Below are positions 1-12,728 of a stretch of 59,487 nt of DNA, one piece after another. The notes under the pieces were generated by a model. That model made no database searches, had not been told where the DNA came from, and worked only from the letters and a program-made list of their open reading frames with translations. How positions within the stretch are numbered: position 1 is the first letter of the stretch; each line of letters begins with the position of its first letter. Location of the stretch: assembly GCA_032718475.1 (NCBI GenBank), contig JAUCBJ010008040.1:1-59487 (forward strand). Direction: 5' to 3'. Made by a program: the position numbers and the translations under genes. The DNA comes from Nemertoderma westbladi (Eukaryota > Animalia > Xenacoelomorpha).

Positions 1-484
1 GTAGACAGTTGAACCGGATTTGCACACAACACACTAAATCAGTGATGCAGTCACTAACATGCACTGCACACGAATCATACCTTCAGATGGGGCAAGTGCA
101 CAATGCTCATCACAGCAACCACTATGCTCAATTCAGCCAAACATAAAGTCAAGGACACAACCCTGTATCCGATTTTCCATGTAGTTCCTCACAGGTTCAT
201 GAATCATGTTCATCTCTTCCATATGATTTCATCCCACTTGTCTCTCCATCAATTTCTATGGATGAATTCAGTGATACAAATTCTGAGTCAGGCCAGTCAA
301 GTTTCATGAGTGAACTATGCAGTTCTGACAATGAGAATTTAGCCCACCTGAACTAAATAAATTTACTTTCAGAAAAACTAGCCGACTGGTATTTAGACCA
401 TCACATTACGCAAAATGGCTTGATGGAATTGTTACACATTCTTCATGCTTATCATCCTGATTTACCTCTTTTGAATTCTTTCTT

Positions 485-1638
485 TTGAATTCATCCGCGT
501 CAATTGTTCATCCAATAGTTTTACAAGATACAAGCAAATTCGTTTATTTGGGTGTAACTACCCTTTTAAACGAAATTAATAATAAATTTCCTAGATCAAA
601 ACTTATTAATATGGGTAGTATTATTGCATTGGATTTTAATATCGATGGATTTCCCATTTTTAAAGCTACTTCAGCTCATGTGTGGCCCATTTTGTCTTCT
701 TTTAGATTAGATTCCAGATCACCGTGGAGTGTTTTTCCAATTGCACTCACCTTAGCTCTTCTAAACCTAAATCTATTCAACAATTTTTGGTTCAATTTAT
801 TGATGAGCTGTATACTTTATTCGAGTTTGGATTAACTGTATCAGACAATAAATATAAAGTTACTCTTTCATTTGCGATTGTCCTGCGAGGTCATTCATAA
901 AGTCATTCATAAAATGCATTACTGGTCATATTGGTTACTATGGGTGTGATCATTGCACACAACGAGGTGTTTATGTTGAGCGACGGATGACATTTCCAGA
1001 GAGTGATGCAGTTAAGCGAACAGACGAGTCATTTCGATCTGAGGAACAGCCTCAACATCACCATGATAAATCACCCTTGGAAGTTACCAATAGATATGGT
1101 TCAGCATTTTCCGCAAGATTATCTTCATTTGGTATGCCTTGGTATTACGAAGAAGCATATTTCCTGGTGGACTAAGGGACGTTGATCTAAGATCACGTCT
1201 GGGTCGCAATGATATCTCAGATATTTCAAGTGGGTTGTTATTGTACCGGGCATATACTCATAGAGAATTTGCCCGTAAACCAAGAGGAGCACTAAGTGAT
1301 TTATGTTACTGGAAGGCCACATAATTTAGGTAGTTTTTGCTGTATACTGGGATAGTCGTACTCCGCGGAATTCTTAATGAAACTATGTTTAATAATTTTT
1401 TTATATCTACACGTGTACTGTTGATAATATTGAATTTGCTAGAATATTGTTGCATAGATTTATTGATGGATGTAAAGAGATATATGGTGGCCACTTTTTG
1501 TCATACAATGTACATGCTTTATCACATTTATGTGATGATGTAACTACTTTCGGTGTCTTAGATAACTTTAGTGCCTTTAAGTTTGAAAATTATTTGTACA
1601 AGTTAAAACGTCTGGTTAGAAAAAACGCATCGGACTGA
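485..1638 (+). pseudogene. Degenerate EnSpm/CACTA-type DNA transposase fragment
   Basis: Frame-broken pieces carry motifs of animal EnSpm transposases: FNIDGFPIF..VWPIL, GYYGCDHC, RTDESFR, DYLHLVCLG, EFARKPR..YWKAT, YNVHALSHL, FSAFKFENYL. Multiple stops/frameshifts; no termini found. Confidence 0.75.
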
Positions 1639-2231
1639 TGGATTACTAGCCGTCAAAATGTTTCATAATTAACATTGGTATCTCTTTACTTTATTGGTTT
1701 CCATATAGAAAGCTAACTGTAAATGACATTACGTACTATGATTTTTGCCCCCTTCTGCCAGGTTCATTACACAACATAGGGCTATGTCTTGGAGTCGAGC
1801 GGAATTCTGGTTCCAATTCCGGCCGGAATTGACAATTGCGGTTACAGGAACCGAAATTGGTGTACTGGAATTATACATTTATGTAACAAATGAGATGAAT
1901 CGCATTTTTTCATAAACGTTTCTGTTTTTTTTCAGAAATATAGCTGAAAATTACTCTAAAATTTATTTTTATTTACTATGAACAATTTTCTGATTTCATG
2001 TTTAGTCATTAATTAAGGCACAGTTTATTATAATTTATTAATATATTATTACTGTATTAATGAAAAATATGTGTCGTTTTTTTGTTTTAAATGTTCCAAG
2101 TTTTTTTGTAGTAATGCATTTATTGATTTCAAGGACTAATTGAACTTTTTGTACAAAAAATTTATTACGTATTAATTATTACAATTAACAATTAATAATT
2201 AGACATACATAATTAGATTGATTAATTACTC

Positions 2232-3850
2232 TTACAACAATAATTGTTCCACTATTTTTAGTATGTCAGTTTTTGTTTTTGCCTGTGCAATATTTTTAAG
2301 GAAGGCAATTCTTTCTTTATTATTGACAGTTTCAAAAAGTTCCAATGCCTTTGTATGTAATTCCTCCTTTGTCCAGTTTTTTATTTGTGCCATGCGAATG
2401 GCTTCATTCTCAGTTACATGAAGTATTTGGTTTCGTTTGACCTTAGTAAATCTAGGGCCGTTCATGACAATGTCCACCACTGCAGCCTGTAAACGCTCTC
2501 TCCCTTGACCATATATTGAATACTCTGAAAGAATTTCTGAGAACCCTTTAGCAGTGGTTGTTTCATCTCTCTGATGAATTGTGCACCATGCTGTTCGTGG
2601 TGTGAAATCTTCTTTACTGATCTTTTTAAATAATTCACCTCTTAAATTAGTGATAACGCGATCGTGAAACTTGTAATTGAGTTTAAAAAATCCCTAACGT
2701 GTGGAGGAAGGAAAATTTGCTGGGCCAAAGCATAGGCAGTAATTTTCTGGTAGGTAGAATTGCTACGTGCAAAAATAACTGGTGATAATCTGAGAATTGC
2801 CGAATAGAGTAGATCTGAGCAGTTTCTATGAACAGCAATTCTGAACATCATTATGCTGAGGCACAATGTAAATGTAAAGTGGTACAGTTGTACAAACTGT
2901 AACAGTGTACAATTGTAAAGTGGTCCAGTAGGTTTCGTCTGTAACTCACTCTATAAACAGGCTAAATTCGCCAACAGTGACATTCGTGCCATTCTCAATC
3001 TGATTCTCTACAAATGGCTTTAAGAAGCTCCCACGCCAAACCATGAAGGACAATCTCCAAGGCTTCCCAGGACTTGTGGTGGTCAGACCCATTCCTAAAA
3101 TGCTGTAAAGCTCGATCAGAGCAGTAGCTGTTCGTTAAAGCGTATCTATGAAACACAATCTCCCATCCAAAGTTTATTATCATTGACAATATATTTTTTT
3201 CATAGTGCGCCCACCCAGGCACAGGTATGATTTTTTCAGCCCAGCTGACATTTTCCTCACTCTGCAAAAGCTCGAGGTAAAGTGAGAAAGGAATGCTATC
3301 CATTACAAGGGCAATCCACTTTCTGTCAGATTGCTGTACTGCTCGTTCTAATAAAGCCTGTATAGCAGAAGAAACCATTTCATAGCTGCCAGGATCATGT
3401 TCGAGTGGCTCGTAAAATTCAGTACAGATTTGTTTGGCCTCTGTGCCCTGGGGCACCAGAGAGGATCTCTCAGCAACAGAATCTATTAAGGCCTTGTACA
3501 TTCCATTACAGAATGATGTTTCACTAGAACCACGTTGGCCAGGCATCAGCAAATTTAACTCTAACTATAACTCCTGTTTAATGAACTCTGCTTTGAAAAT
3601 GTCTCTCAATGCATTCAAATTTTTAAATAAGAGTTCAGTCACCTTTACAGACTCATCTTCATTAAATAAGTAGTGGAGGCATTTGTGCTGCAGTTTAAAT
3701 GAAGGCCCATATAGGTGGCTAATAGAGTTGATACAGAGACTAGTCACTGATCTCTGTAATCTCCAGATGGTTTTTTGTCTCTGGATAGGTCTCTGGTTAC
3801 CAGGTATTGAAAGCAGACATTTTACCCAGAGATCAGTGATTTTTCAAATT
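2232..3850 (-). pseudogene. Fragmented coding remnant, probably from an unclassified transposon-associated protein
   Basis: Co-oriented ORF fragments 3565-3747, 2995-3552, 2232-2480 with protein-like composition (MDSIPF, VPGWAHYEKN, SDHHKSWE); family assignment uncertain. Confidence 0.35.
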
Positions 3851-4394
3851 AAATATATTAAAGAAGATTATTTTTACAAATTTTTTTCTCTATAATAATT
3901 AATAATTTCTTTAATTTTGAACATTTTTTAATACACCACTTATATATTCACTTTTACACAAAGGGTAACATGACTCACACTAAATATACCTGTAATCTTC
4001 TATTTAACGTAAAGTGCTTTTAATTAAAATAAATTAGCACTTTAACACATTAACATTTAACACTTTAGCACATTAACACAGAAGTTTAAATGTAAAAGTA
4101 AAAGCTGGGCTCTTTTCACCTTGTTGTAGGCTATATATTACGGCGAATATATTAATTATAAATTATTAAGGCTATATATTAATGAAGAGAACAATCGTAA
4201 CGAGACTTGCAATAGTGTCGAGCAGAGAACTGCACCTGTGCACTAACTATATTCGTAAATGACCAAGTTTATAGAGTACATTAAAAGGTATATGATTGTG
4301 GTTCTCTAGGTATGTCTAGTCATACAGGGATACAGGTCTATGATATGGTGATAGGGAGGGATGTGGGCAGCGTAAGCTTTTTTATTCAATTGGG

Positions 4395-5332
4395 AGTAGT
4401 ATGCTAAACACCGGGATTAAGACAGTGTCTGCCATAGTCTACCATGTTAAAGAATTTGCCGAACGGCTCTTGCCCCGCCTACTTACTATAATTACTATTG
4501 TTGCCCCACCCACTTACTATGGTTACCATGGTTACCATTCTTGCCCCGCCTACTTACTATAATTACCATTGTTGCCCCCCCACCCACTTACTATGGTTAC
4601 CATGGTTACCATTGTGCATATGTGACATATGCGGTATAAGGCCAGTTCGCAGACGGAAGTAATTTAATTAATTCGTGTCTACTGGTTGGCGTTTGACCTT
4701 GAACCGCAATAGGTAAAACCCAATATAGTAAGTGGGTTGCAGACGTTTGTTATAAAAGTCTTTAACAAGATAGACTATTACAGACGCAACAACTAAAAAA
4801 GGTGAATAAACACAGACTAACGGTGGCTACCAATATTGTCAAGCAATAAGTTGTGGGGGCGAGCCGCGAAGTGAGGATAAGGTATTTATAATATTATTTG
4901 AATTTGATTATTCTACCTATGGGGCGAGCCATGAAGTGAGTGATAGCATCGAAGTAAGGTTATTGTATTTATACTTATCACTACGCAACAAGTTGTGGGG
5001 CGAGCCGCGAAGTGAGTATAAGGTTATAGTATTTATAATAATATTATTTTAATTTGATTATTCTACCTATGGGGCGAGCCATGAAGTGAGTGATAGCATC
5101 GAAGTAAGGTTATTGTATTCAACTAACGACAGCCGCCAATATTACAATTCTATAATTATTGCTAAGCAACTAGTTGTGGGGCGAGCCGTGAAGTGATTAT
5201 TGTTATTGTAATAATTTTCGAAATTATTACTTACATTAATTTTCGGTAGGCGGTGGTGGTATATAATCTACCCAATCTTCTTCCTCATCCTCAACATCAT
5301 TACCACTACCACCATCACCCAACATCCCTTCA
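4395..5332 (+). repeat. Polinton left terminal inverted repeat (imperfect, with internal sub-repeats)
   Basis: 4395-4750 and 4755-4941 are reverse complements of about 26558-26902 and 26320-26508; 5278-5332 matches about 26265-26320. Inner boundary approximate. Confidence 0.9.
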
Positions 5333-5450
5333 ATATGGGTACCCGCGCGGGCGCGGAGTGAGCAATGCCTTTAGCGTGTAGGTACTATTGTTGAATTTGT
5401 TGATTTATTTATTAATGTTATTATATTAATTGCCGAAATTATTACTTACA

Positions 5451-5732
5451 TTAATTTTCGGTTGGAGGTGGCGTATGTGTTTCATTGGTCATCCGCGGCG
5501 GGCACACACACATCGATCGCCCCCCGGCGATCGGCAAGACGATCGCCGGGTGCACCGGGACCAAATCATCATTATACCTGGAGTTTACCTCAATTGAGTG
5601 CATCAACCGCACCCTTTGCTCCCACATAACTCTTCTGAGATTCATCCTGTTCCATTTTTCTAAATTAAATGCTGGAGGATGATGCTTGAAGGGTTTAACA
5701 ACTAACGTCGGTTTTTCACCGCCTTCAGCCAT
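5451..5732 (-). CDS. Polinton hypothetical protein, 93 aa
   Basis: ATG-initiated, GC-richer ORF in AT-rich context next to the left TIR; no recognisable motif. Confidence 0.45.
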   Translation of the reverse strand: MAEGGEKPTLVVKPFKHHPPAFNLEKWNRMNLRRVMWEQRVRLMHSIEVNSRYNDDLVPVHPAIVLPIAGGRSMCVCPPRMTNETHTPPPTEN

Positions 5733-6287
5733 TGAAATTGAAAATTAATAATTAATAAATTAAGAAAAAAGCCTAAGCTTGTTGAACCTGTACTAATAAT
5801 TTAATAAAGTAAATAATAATAAAGTGAATTCGGTATCGCTATTCCTGATGTTAATATAGTAAATAAACTATAACAGAACTGGCTAATTATCTACGCTTCA
5901 GCTTCGTATCTATATATGGCTTATTTCTTTTGTGAAACCAGTCACATATGCGAGTAAATTGAACCCAGACCTTTGATTGTCGTTAGAGCGTTTAATTATT
6001 GTCTAATGTGTGTAGCGTGGATTGAGATTCTGGCCTTTGTGTTAACTGCATAGGTTGGGCGGCAGATGCTTGTTATATAACGGAAAGAGTTGGGTCCCAA
6101 TGTGCTCTATACCAATTATTACGGTGTGAAGACCCCAACCCGCCTCACTTGTCCTGTCCCATATATTTATTAAAAATATTGCTATTACTATATACCCAAG
6201 AAATAAATATTTATTATTAATTAATATTAGCGCTAATAATATGTTCACGCACCACAATTGAATATACCCATAACCGAAATAAATAAA

Positions 6288-6732
6288 TTATTTTATTAAT
6301 GAAAGTGTCCACAGTAATAACAATAAATCATTGTACCGCAAATTAGAGGTGAATATATTCATTGCTCCAGGATTTTTCGGCACCTCGGTTAAATAATACA
6401 GACAAAATAGACCACACTGAGTCGATTGCGGCGCTTGAAATATTTTACGATTCCAAGTATGCCTTTGGGTATATTTATGCAACCAATATGATATTTTTGG
6501 CGGAGGAGCTTTACCAAACGAATCTAAATAATAAGCAATTCTCTTAACCACGCGTACGCAAGACCAGTGTTGCCCTGGTAGGCCTATACGTTGATTATTA
6601 ATAATAAATGAATAATTTTGTTTATGCTTATTTTTTTTTTTTTGCATGTATTAGGTGTAATTGGTCGATTGCGTAAACACCAATGTATTCGGGCCCCACC
6701 GGGAATTTCGCTAATTGTATAGAGTCCAACAT
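6288..6732 (-). CDS. Adenain-like cysteine (maturation) protease, one frameshift
   Basis: GQHW, YLDSFG, QAPQSTQCGLFC catalytic His/Asp/Gln/Cys motifs; N-terminus MLDSIQ...IGVYAIDQL from ATG at 6732 is joined via a frameshift in the T13 run at 6631-6643. Confidence 0.9.
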
Positions 6733-6796
6733 CTTAGCGTGCACGTATCCGCAGGCGGCGCGGCTTCGCTTACTTTGTACTATGCGAGATCTTTAT

Positions 6797-7299
6797 TTAT
6801 TCAGTTATTATTTCCTTGGCTTCCGAAATAGGTAGAAGAGCGTCATAGCTTGCCATTAATATAACGTTAATAGTGTTATCTAGTGCATTACTAAATTTCA
6901 GAATCAAATGCCCGCTTGTATGAATACTAGGTTGAATCTCATGGCTTTGGTCGCCTCCCGCAGTAAGATCGAATACGATCAAAGGAAATTGGGTACGAAA
7001 CCGTTCTGGTGTTAGCGAGCAAAATACGCCACTCAAGCTCTTGAACACGTTCATTAAACTTTCGAATTCCAACATAAAATTGTTTTCCAGAAAGTTAGGG
7101 CGATATGGATACCCGTGTATAATACGGGAGTCGATGTTTAGTTCGGCATAATTTAAACCGAAATGGTTAAAATGTAGCGGATTACTGCTTAATTCCCCGT
7201 TGAAGCTGGCGTTGGTAAGCATTCCAACCAAAATATACTTAGGTAATTTTCCTTGGATTATGTTCGATTCTGTATAACTGGACTGCCCGCCACCAATAG
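6797..7299 (-). pseudogene. Major capsid protein (double jelly-roll), C-terminal part
   Basis: GKLPKYILVGM...FNGELSSNPLHFNHFGL...VFDLT...LILKFSNALDNTINVI, typical Polinton MCP C-half; continues the KTFTI of the N-part once the insertion is removed. Confidence 0.9.
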
Positions 7300-8490
7300 T
7301 GTTCGCGCTTTTGAAGACCTTTAGCAGTTTAACCTGCCAAAATTTATATGTCTTTTAGTTAATTAAAACACCTTTAGCATACGACAATATTTTATGCTAA
7401 TAAACAAAACATTACCCGAAGCCAGCCCATGCGCGATCATTCACCCGATGGATCTACACCCGGGAGGCTGAATTCGGCTGCTTAAATTTTATTATTGCAG
7501 TGTAAGGTTGCAGTGTAAACCTACTGTATTATTCGATAGATCGTTAATAATTAATTTCTGACAGATATTATTGGCTTTCGGGAAATATTAACAGTTCCTT
7601 TAGGACGTGGCGCTCTATCTATTTAAACAGAACTAGGACTTATACTAAACGCAACGATACCGCTTATAATTAAAGTATAAGGCGCATTCTTTAGGAAATG
7701 CTTTGTTACCAATCACAACCATGCACACTATTCTGCCGACCGTCAGTATATTTGATCACACATAAAGAGAGCAGCAATTGACTCATGTAGGGTCTGCTAA
7801 ATAACATTAGATTCAATACACACCACATTAATATAAATCGCAATTGTTATGTATAGCCTGTCTCTCTAACCTGTAGTGTATCAAGAAAATTGGGAAATTT
7901 GGGTGATTTATCCGTATTCTCCAAAGGGTAATAATTCATCAACAAATAGATACAATTAATAACTGACGGTAAATAACAGTACAAACAATATGATTAATAG
8001 TGAGTTAATTAGATAGGATAAGTAGGTTGGTAGGATAACAGTTATACTTTCGATAATTTAAGCAGTTTACTAGAGTTCTTCCCAAAAGCCGGTGTTATGG
8101 CGAAAAATGGGAACACAACAACAGATTCATAAAGAATCATATGACTAGAATGACTATACGAGTATACCAACCACCCTTATTCCCCGAAGCTCCCGTCCAA
8201 CACAGAGGATGAGCAGTGAGATAGGAAAATTCAGTTCAGTAGCTCTGGGATAGGTCGAAATTAACGCCCACTCAAATTCTATTGGCCGATACGGACAGCA
8301 AGGCTAAGGCAACCTCTCTAAGCTAGTTGGCCGATTAAACTGAGCCCAGATGCCTCCGTACAGCACATCAGCCAATAAGCTGGTAGCTTGCACTATTTTA
8401 GTTATAAATCCCTTTGAGAGTATTCTAGCGACTGGGGGGGAACTGGCCAGCAAAGGCAAACGTATCAGTTATCCCACAAAAGCTTTTACA
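7300..8490 (-). repeat. LTR (3' LTR in element orientation)
   Basis: Direct repeat of 10778-11968 at constant offset 3478; only one mismatch noticed by eye (fifth base). Confidence 0.95.
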
Positions 8491-8568
8491 CCGCTCCCAG
8501 AAAATGGGATTTAAGTCTATAAAATATACAAAATCACAGTTTCTCAAATACGAAAATACTCTAAACAG

Positions 8569-9084
8569 TTAGTCTTTCATGCGCGGACGGCGTTTACGCA
8601 GTTTTTTAAAGCTAGCAAGAGTCTTTTTCTCTTTGGGGCGAGCCACTTTACAAGGAGGGCTATAACTTCTGGGTGAAGGGTGCAATATGATTGCATCAGA
8701 GGGTATAGGATTATGGTCGGTGTATCCGCCAGTCGAAGTGCCGAGTTGATTGACATCAACGTCGGGGAAGAGGGGTCTAACGGCCTTTAGAGCACATTTT
8801 AGGACAGCCGCTCTTACGGGTCCTTTACGAGTGGTCTGAACGAGAGCCGTAGGTGGACCATAGGCAGTTAGAAACTTCCTGGGTTTAATGGTTCTTTCCA
8901 ATTCGCGTTCGCGGGCTCGGTATTCGTAAGGCCGTCGATATACCTCCTGTAACTCAGGGTGTGAGTTAACAAATAAGTCTCCATAGTCCGGATCCTGACG
9001 GATATAATTGATTAAGTTATAGGAATGAAGGTCGCTAGGATTAACACTCCTGAGAAATTTGCGTACGAACTTGGTTGAAATACA
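8569..9084 (-). CDS. Orphan basic ORF inside the non-autonomous LTR element
   Basis: About 170 open codons ending in a K/R-rich tail (KKLRKRRPRMKD); its 5' part is cut by the LINE insertion. Confidence 0.4.
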   Translation of the reverse strand, partial: CISTKFVRKFLRSVNPSDLHSYNLINYIRQDPDYGDLFVNSHPELQEVYRRPYEYRARERELERTIKPRKFLTAYGPPTALVQTTRKGPVRAAVLKCALKAVRPLFPDVDVNQLGTSTGGYTDHNPIPSDAIILHPSPRSYSPPCKVARPKEKKTLASFKKLRKRRPRMKD

Positions 9085-10057
9085 TTCTCCGACACGCTTC
9101 AGTGTAAAACAGGGTGGCATTTTGTCTCCATGTCTATTTAATATTTATATCGACAATCTCAGCTATGATTTAATTAGTAATCCAAGTGGTATTAGTCTTG
9201 GTGGTCATTGCATTAATCACTTGATTTATGCTGATGACATTTGTCTAATATCCACATCTCCTGCGGCTCTACAAGATATGATTAACATTTGCTGTTTGTA
9301 CGCAAAGAATCACGAAATATTATTTAACCCCAAGAAATCAAAATGCATCTATATGCAAAGCAAGTATATGAATTCTGTTTTTGACGGACACATGTTCATG
9401 GATAACTGTACAATTTCTGTAGTTAGCTCGACGAAATACCTTGGTCATATTATATCATCTGACTTTTCCGATGACGCTGATATAAATAACCAATTACGTG
9501 GCTTTTATGCCAGATCTAACCTGTTACTGAGAAAGTTTTCACACTGCTCTAAGGAAGTTAAACTTGTACTCTTTCGTAGTTTTTGTACTTCTTTCTATTG
9601 CAATTCACTTTGGTGCGATAAATATTTTCTCAATTCGATCTTAACTAAACTAACGGTGGCTTATAATAATGCTGTTAGAAAATTATTTGGTTTCCCATAT
9701 GATTGCAGTGCCAGTGGTATGCTTACCAATCTACGTATTAACTCCCCTTTACACATTAGGCGTTTTTCAATTCACAGTTTATTTAAGCGAGTCATGAATT
9801 CACCGTCATATATTACCCGTGCAGTTTATTATAATACCCTTGATACCTCAGAACTCTTTGCTACCTATCGCAGAATTTAACGTCAATTAAATCACAATAT
9901 TTAATCTTTCTTTTTGTAATACACTTTCATTAATTTATATTATACAACAATAATAACTATTTTTCTTTTTAATATTCACGTGTGGTGCATTGTGCAATTT
10001 ATCTCCTGCATTGTAATATGGGCGTTGCTTAGCCCGGAATAAACAATAATATAATAT
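9085..10057 (+). mobile_element. 5'-truncated non-LTR retrotransposon (LINE, L2/CR1-group-like) RT C-terminus plus 3' UTR
   Basis: VKQGGILSPCLFNIY, LIYADD, FNPKKS, KYLG motifs (ORF to 9880); 3' end AATAAA followed by an AT-rich tail; possible TSD AAATACA at 9078-9084 and 10058-10064. Confidence 0.88.
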
Positions 10058-10579
10058 AAATACACACCGCAATCTCTCCAGACCCAACAACAGCCAGACA
10101 ACAATCCAGCCTACAAAATATCTGAGTAATAACTATTACGGTACCTGAACAGACCACACAAACAAACACAGGCTAAAACGCTGGTAGACTACTATCAAGC
10201 CTAAATAAACTACAGTATATGCAGATTCTGAAACTGTTAGTTAGTATGCGTTCTAACACGGTAGTACGACTTATTCTTTAAGAGGGGATTGACCTTACCG
10301 CATATGGCTGCCCCAACTTACTAACGGCACTTGATCAGACAAACTCTACACACGCCGTAATCTCTCCAAACCCAACAACAGTCAGACAGCAGTTCAGCCT
10401 ACAATTATCTGAACAATCTGAGCAGACTTACACGTCTTCAGCTCAATATTAACTTACTAGGAAATAAAACCGACAGAAATAAGTAGAATCTCAAATAAAA
10501 ATCAGGGCGGCCGTTCCCTGATTAAGTACCAAGACCTACCGGTATACAATAATCAAATCGAATAATACTAATGTACTTA

Positions 10580-10712
10580 TACAGCAGTACCGGTTAGGAC
10601 AGTTGGGCCTACAGACCTACAGAAATGCCGGTTCTGGCAGTTGGACCTACGGACCTACAGCAGTACCGGTTCTGGCAGTTGGGCCTACTGACCTACAGAA
10701 GTACCGGTTCAG
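10580..10712. repeat. Short tandem repeat, about 39-bp unit, 3 copies
   Basis: Repeated CAGTTGGGCCTAC.GACCTACAG.AGTACCGGTT in the LTR element internal region. Confidence 0.7.
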
Positions 10713-10777
10713 GTTTACCGGTCACTACGGTATTTTGCAACCTTATTGCCTACTGCAATAAGATCGTTAACTGTTAT

Positions 10778-11968
10778 TGTTTGCGCTTTTGAAGACCTTT
10801 AGCAGTTTAACCTGCCAAAATTTATATGTCTTTTAGTTAATTAAAACACCTTTAGCATACGACAATATTTTATGCTAATAAACAAAACATTACCCGAAGC
10901 CAGCCCATGCGCGATCATTCACCCGATGGATCTACACCCGGGAGGCTGAATTCGGCTGCTTAAATTTTATTATTGCAGTGTAAGGTTGCAGTGTAAACCT
11001 ACTGTATTATTCGATAGATCGTTAATAATTAATTTCTGACAGATATTATTGGCTTTCGGGAAATATTAACAGTTCCTTTAGGACGTGGCGCTCTATCTAT
11101 TTAAACAGAACTAGGACTTATACTAAACGCAACGATACCGCTTATAATTAAAGTATAAGGCGCATTCTTTAGGAAATGCTTTGTTACCAATCACAACCAT
11201 GCACACTATTCTGCCGACCGTCAGTATATTTGATCACACATAAAGAGAGCAGCAATTGACTCATGTAGGGTCTGCTAAATAACATTAGATTCAATACACA
11301 CCACATTAATATAAATCGCAATTGTTATGTATAGCCTGTCTCTCTAACCTGTAGTGTATCAAGAAAATTGGGAAATTTGGGTGATTTATCCGTATTCTCC
11401 AAAGGGTAATAATTCATCAACAAATAGATACAATTAATAACTGACGGTAAATAACAGTACAAACAATATGATTAATAGTGAGTTAATTAGATAGGATAAG
11501 TAGGTTGGTAGGATAACAGTTATACTTTCGATAATTTAAGCAGTTTACTAGAGTTCTTCCCAAAAGCCGGTGTTATGGCGAAAAATGGGAACACAACAAC
11601 AGATTCATAAAGAATCATATGACTAGAATGACTATACGAGTATACCAACCACCCTTATTCCCCGAAGCTCCCGTCCAACACAGAGGATGAGCAGTGAGAT
11701 AGGAAAATTCAGTTCAGTAGCTCTGGGATAGGTCGAAATTAACGCCCACTCAAATTCTATTGGCCGATACGGACAGCAAGGCTAAGGCAACCTCTCTAAG
11801 CTAGTTGGCCGATTAAACTGAGCCCAGATGCCTCCGTACAGCACATCAGCCAATAAGCTGGTAGCTTGCACTATTTTAGTTATAAATCCCTTTGAGAGTA
11901 TTCTAGCGACTGGGGGGGAACTGGCCAGCAAAGGCAAACGTATCAGTTATCCCACAAAAGCTTTTACA
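10778..11968 (-). repeat. LTR (5' LTR in element orientation)
   Basis: Direct repeat of 7300-8490. Confidence 0.95.
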
Positions 11969-11973
11969 AATAG

Positions 11974-12719
11974 TGAAGGTTTTCACTTCTTGTTTTAACA
12001 AGTTATAAATAAAGTCATTTTTTTGTGACCCCAACAAATGCGCACGCATAACCTCGGCATCAATCTTGTGGCGTTTTATTTTTAAATTAATATTCATGAT
12101 TTCAACTCTTGGGTTTGCCAATCCTGCAGGGGGTTCAACTTTCAAAAAAAATTATTCGATACTCGGTCTATACGAAGTCGAATGTTAATTCCCGGCGGCA
12201 GTAATTTGTCCTGGCTTGCCAGGTCTAAAAAAATTGGGGCCACAACGAATTTAACATAATTCCCGCGAACGTCATTCTCAGTAGCGACAGGTACCCCACC
12301 TAGATTATTATCAGTATCTTCATACCCACCAGCTCTTAAAATACTGCGTTTTTCGTTAGCATCTGTCAACAGTAATGTCTGAAACATAGACTTATAGGCG
12401 TAGAACCCATTCGAGGTTTCAACTAGCTTTTCATTTAAATATAACGAACAATTTTCAAATAGTGACCCACCCGGGTAATTAAGATGGTGGAGGGTTGTAT
12501 CGTCGTTAGCCCTATTACCATCCCATGTAATTTTATATTTAATGTGAAATTTCGAATTCTTTAAATCAGTATATAGAACATTTGACTGGGGTATAAAGAA
12601 CTCTATTTGCCTGGCATTCGCGTCAAGAGTAGAAATCGGGTAGATATCAAAAAATGTGAAGATGTATATTCTCGCTGATTTGTTTTACTCGAGAATAATG
12701 ATAATTCTAATTTACTCAT
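11974..12719 (-). pseudogene. Major capsid protein, N-terminal part (two frameshifts; interrupted by LTR element)
   Basis: MSKLELSLFS...IYPISTL...IEFFIP...YTDL...SLFENCSLYLN...YAYKS...QDKLLPPGINIRLRI...KTFTI; frameshifts at A6 (12649-12654) and A8 (12144-12151). Confidence 0.88.
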
Positions 12720-12728
12720 TTTGTTAAG

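Larger units (their letters stand above)
7300..11968 (-). mobile_element. Non-autonomous LTR retroelement (LARD-like, probably BEL/Pao-dependent) inserted in the capsid gene
   Basis: Two 1191-bp direct repeats with TG...CA ends; 5-bp TSD AATAG at 7295-7299 and 11969-11973; purine tract GGGAGCGG on the minus strand adjacent to the LTR end at 8490; no gag/pol inside. Confidence 0.92.

Noticed and set aside
7295-7301. 7-bp TSD AATAGTG for the capsid insertion
   Set aside because: The TG at 7300 is shared with the second LTR start (10778), so the TSD is 5 bp (AATAG) and the extra match is coincidental.
9059-9880. RT as the LTR element's own polymerase or a Polinton-encoded RT
   Set aside because: Motifs are LINE-type, 5'-truncated, antisense to the LTR element and end in their own 3' tail.
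11903-11968. C-terminus of the 80-aa ORF (CKSFCGITD...)
   Set aside because: Read-through into LTR sequence; the real MCP continues at 7294.
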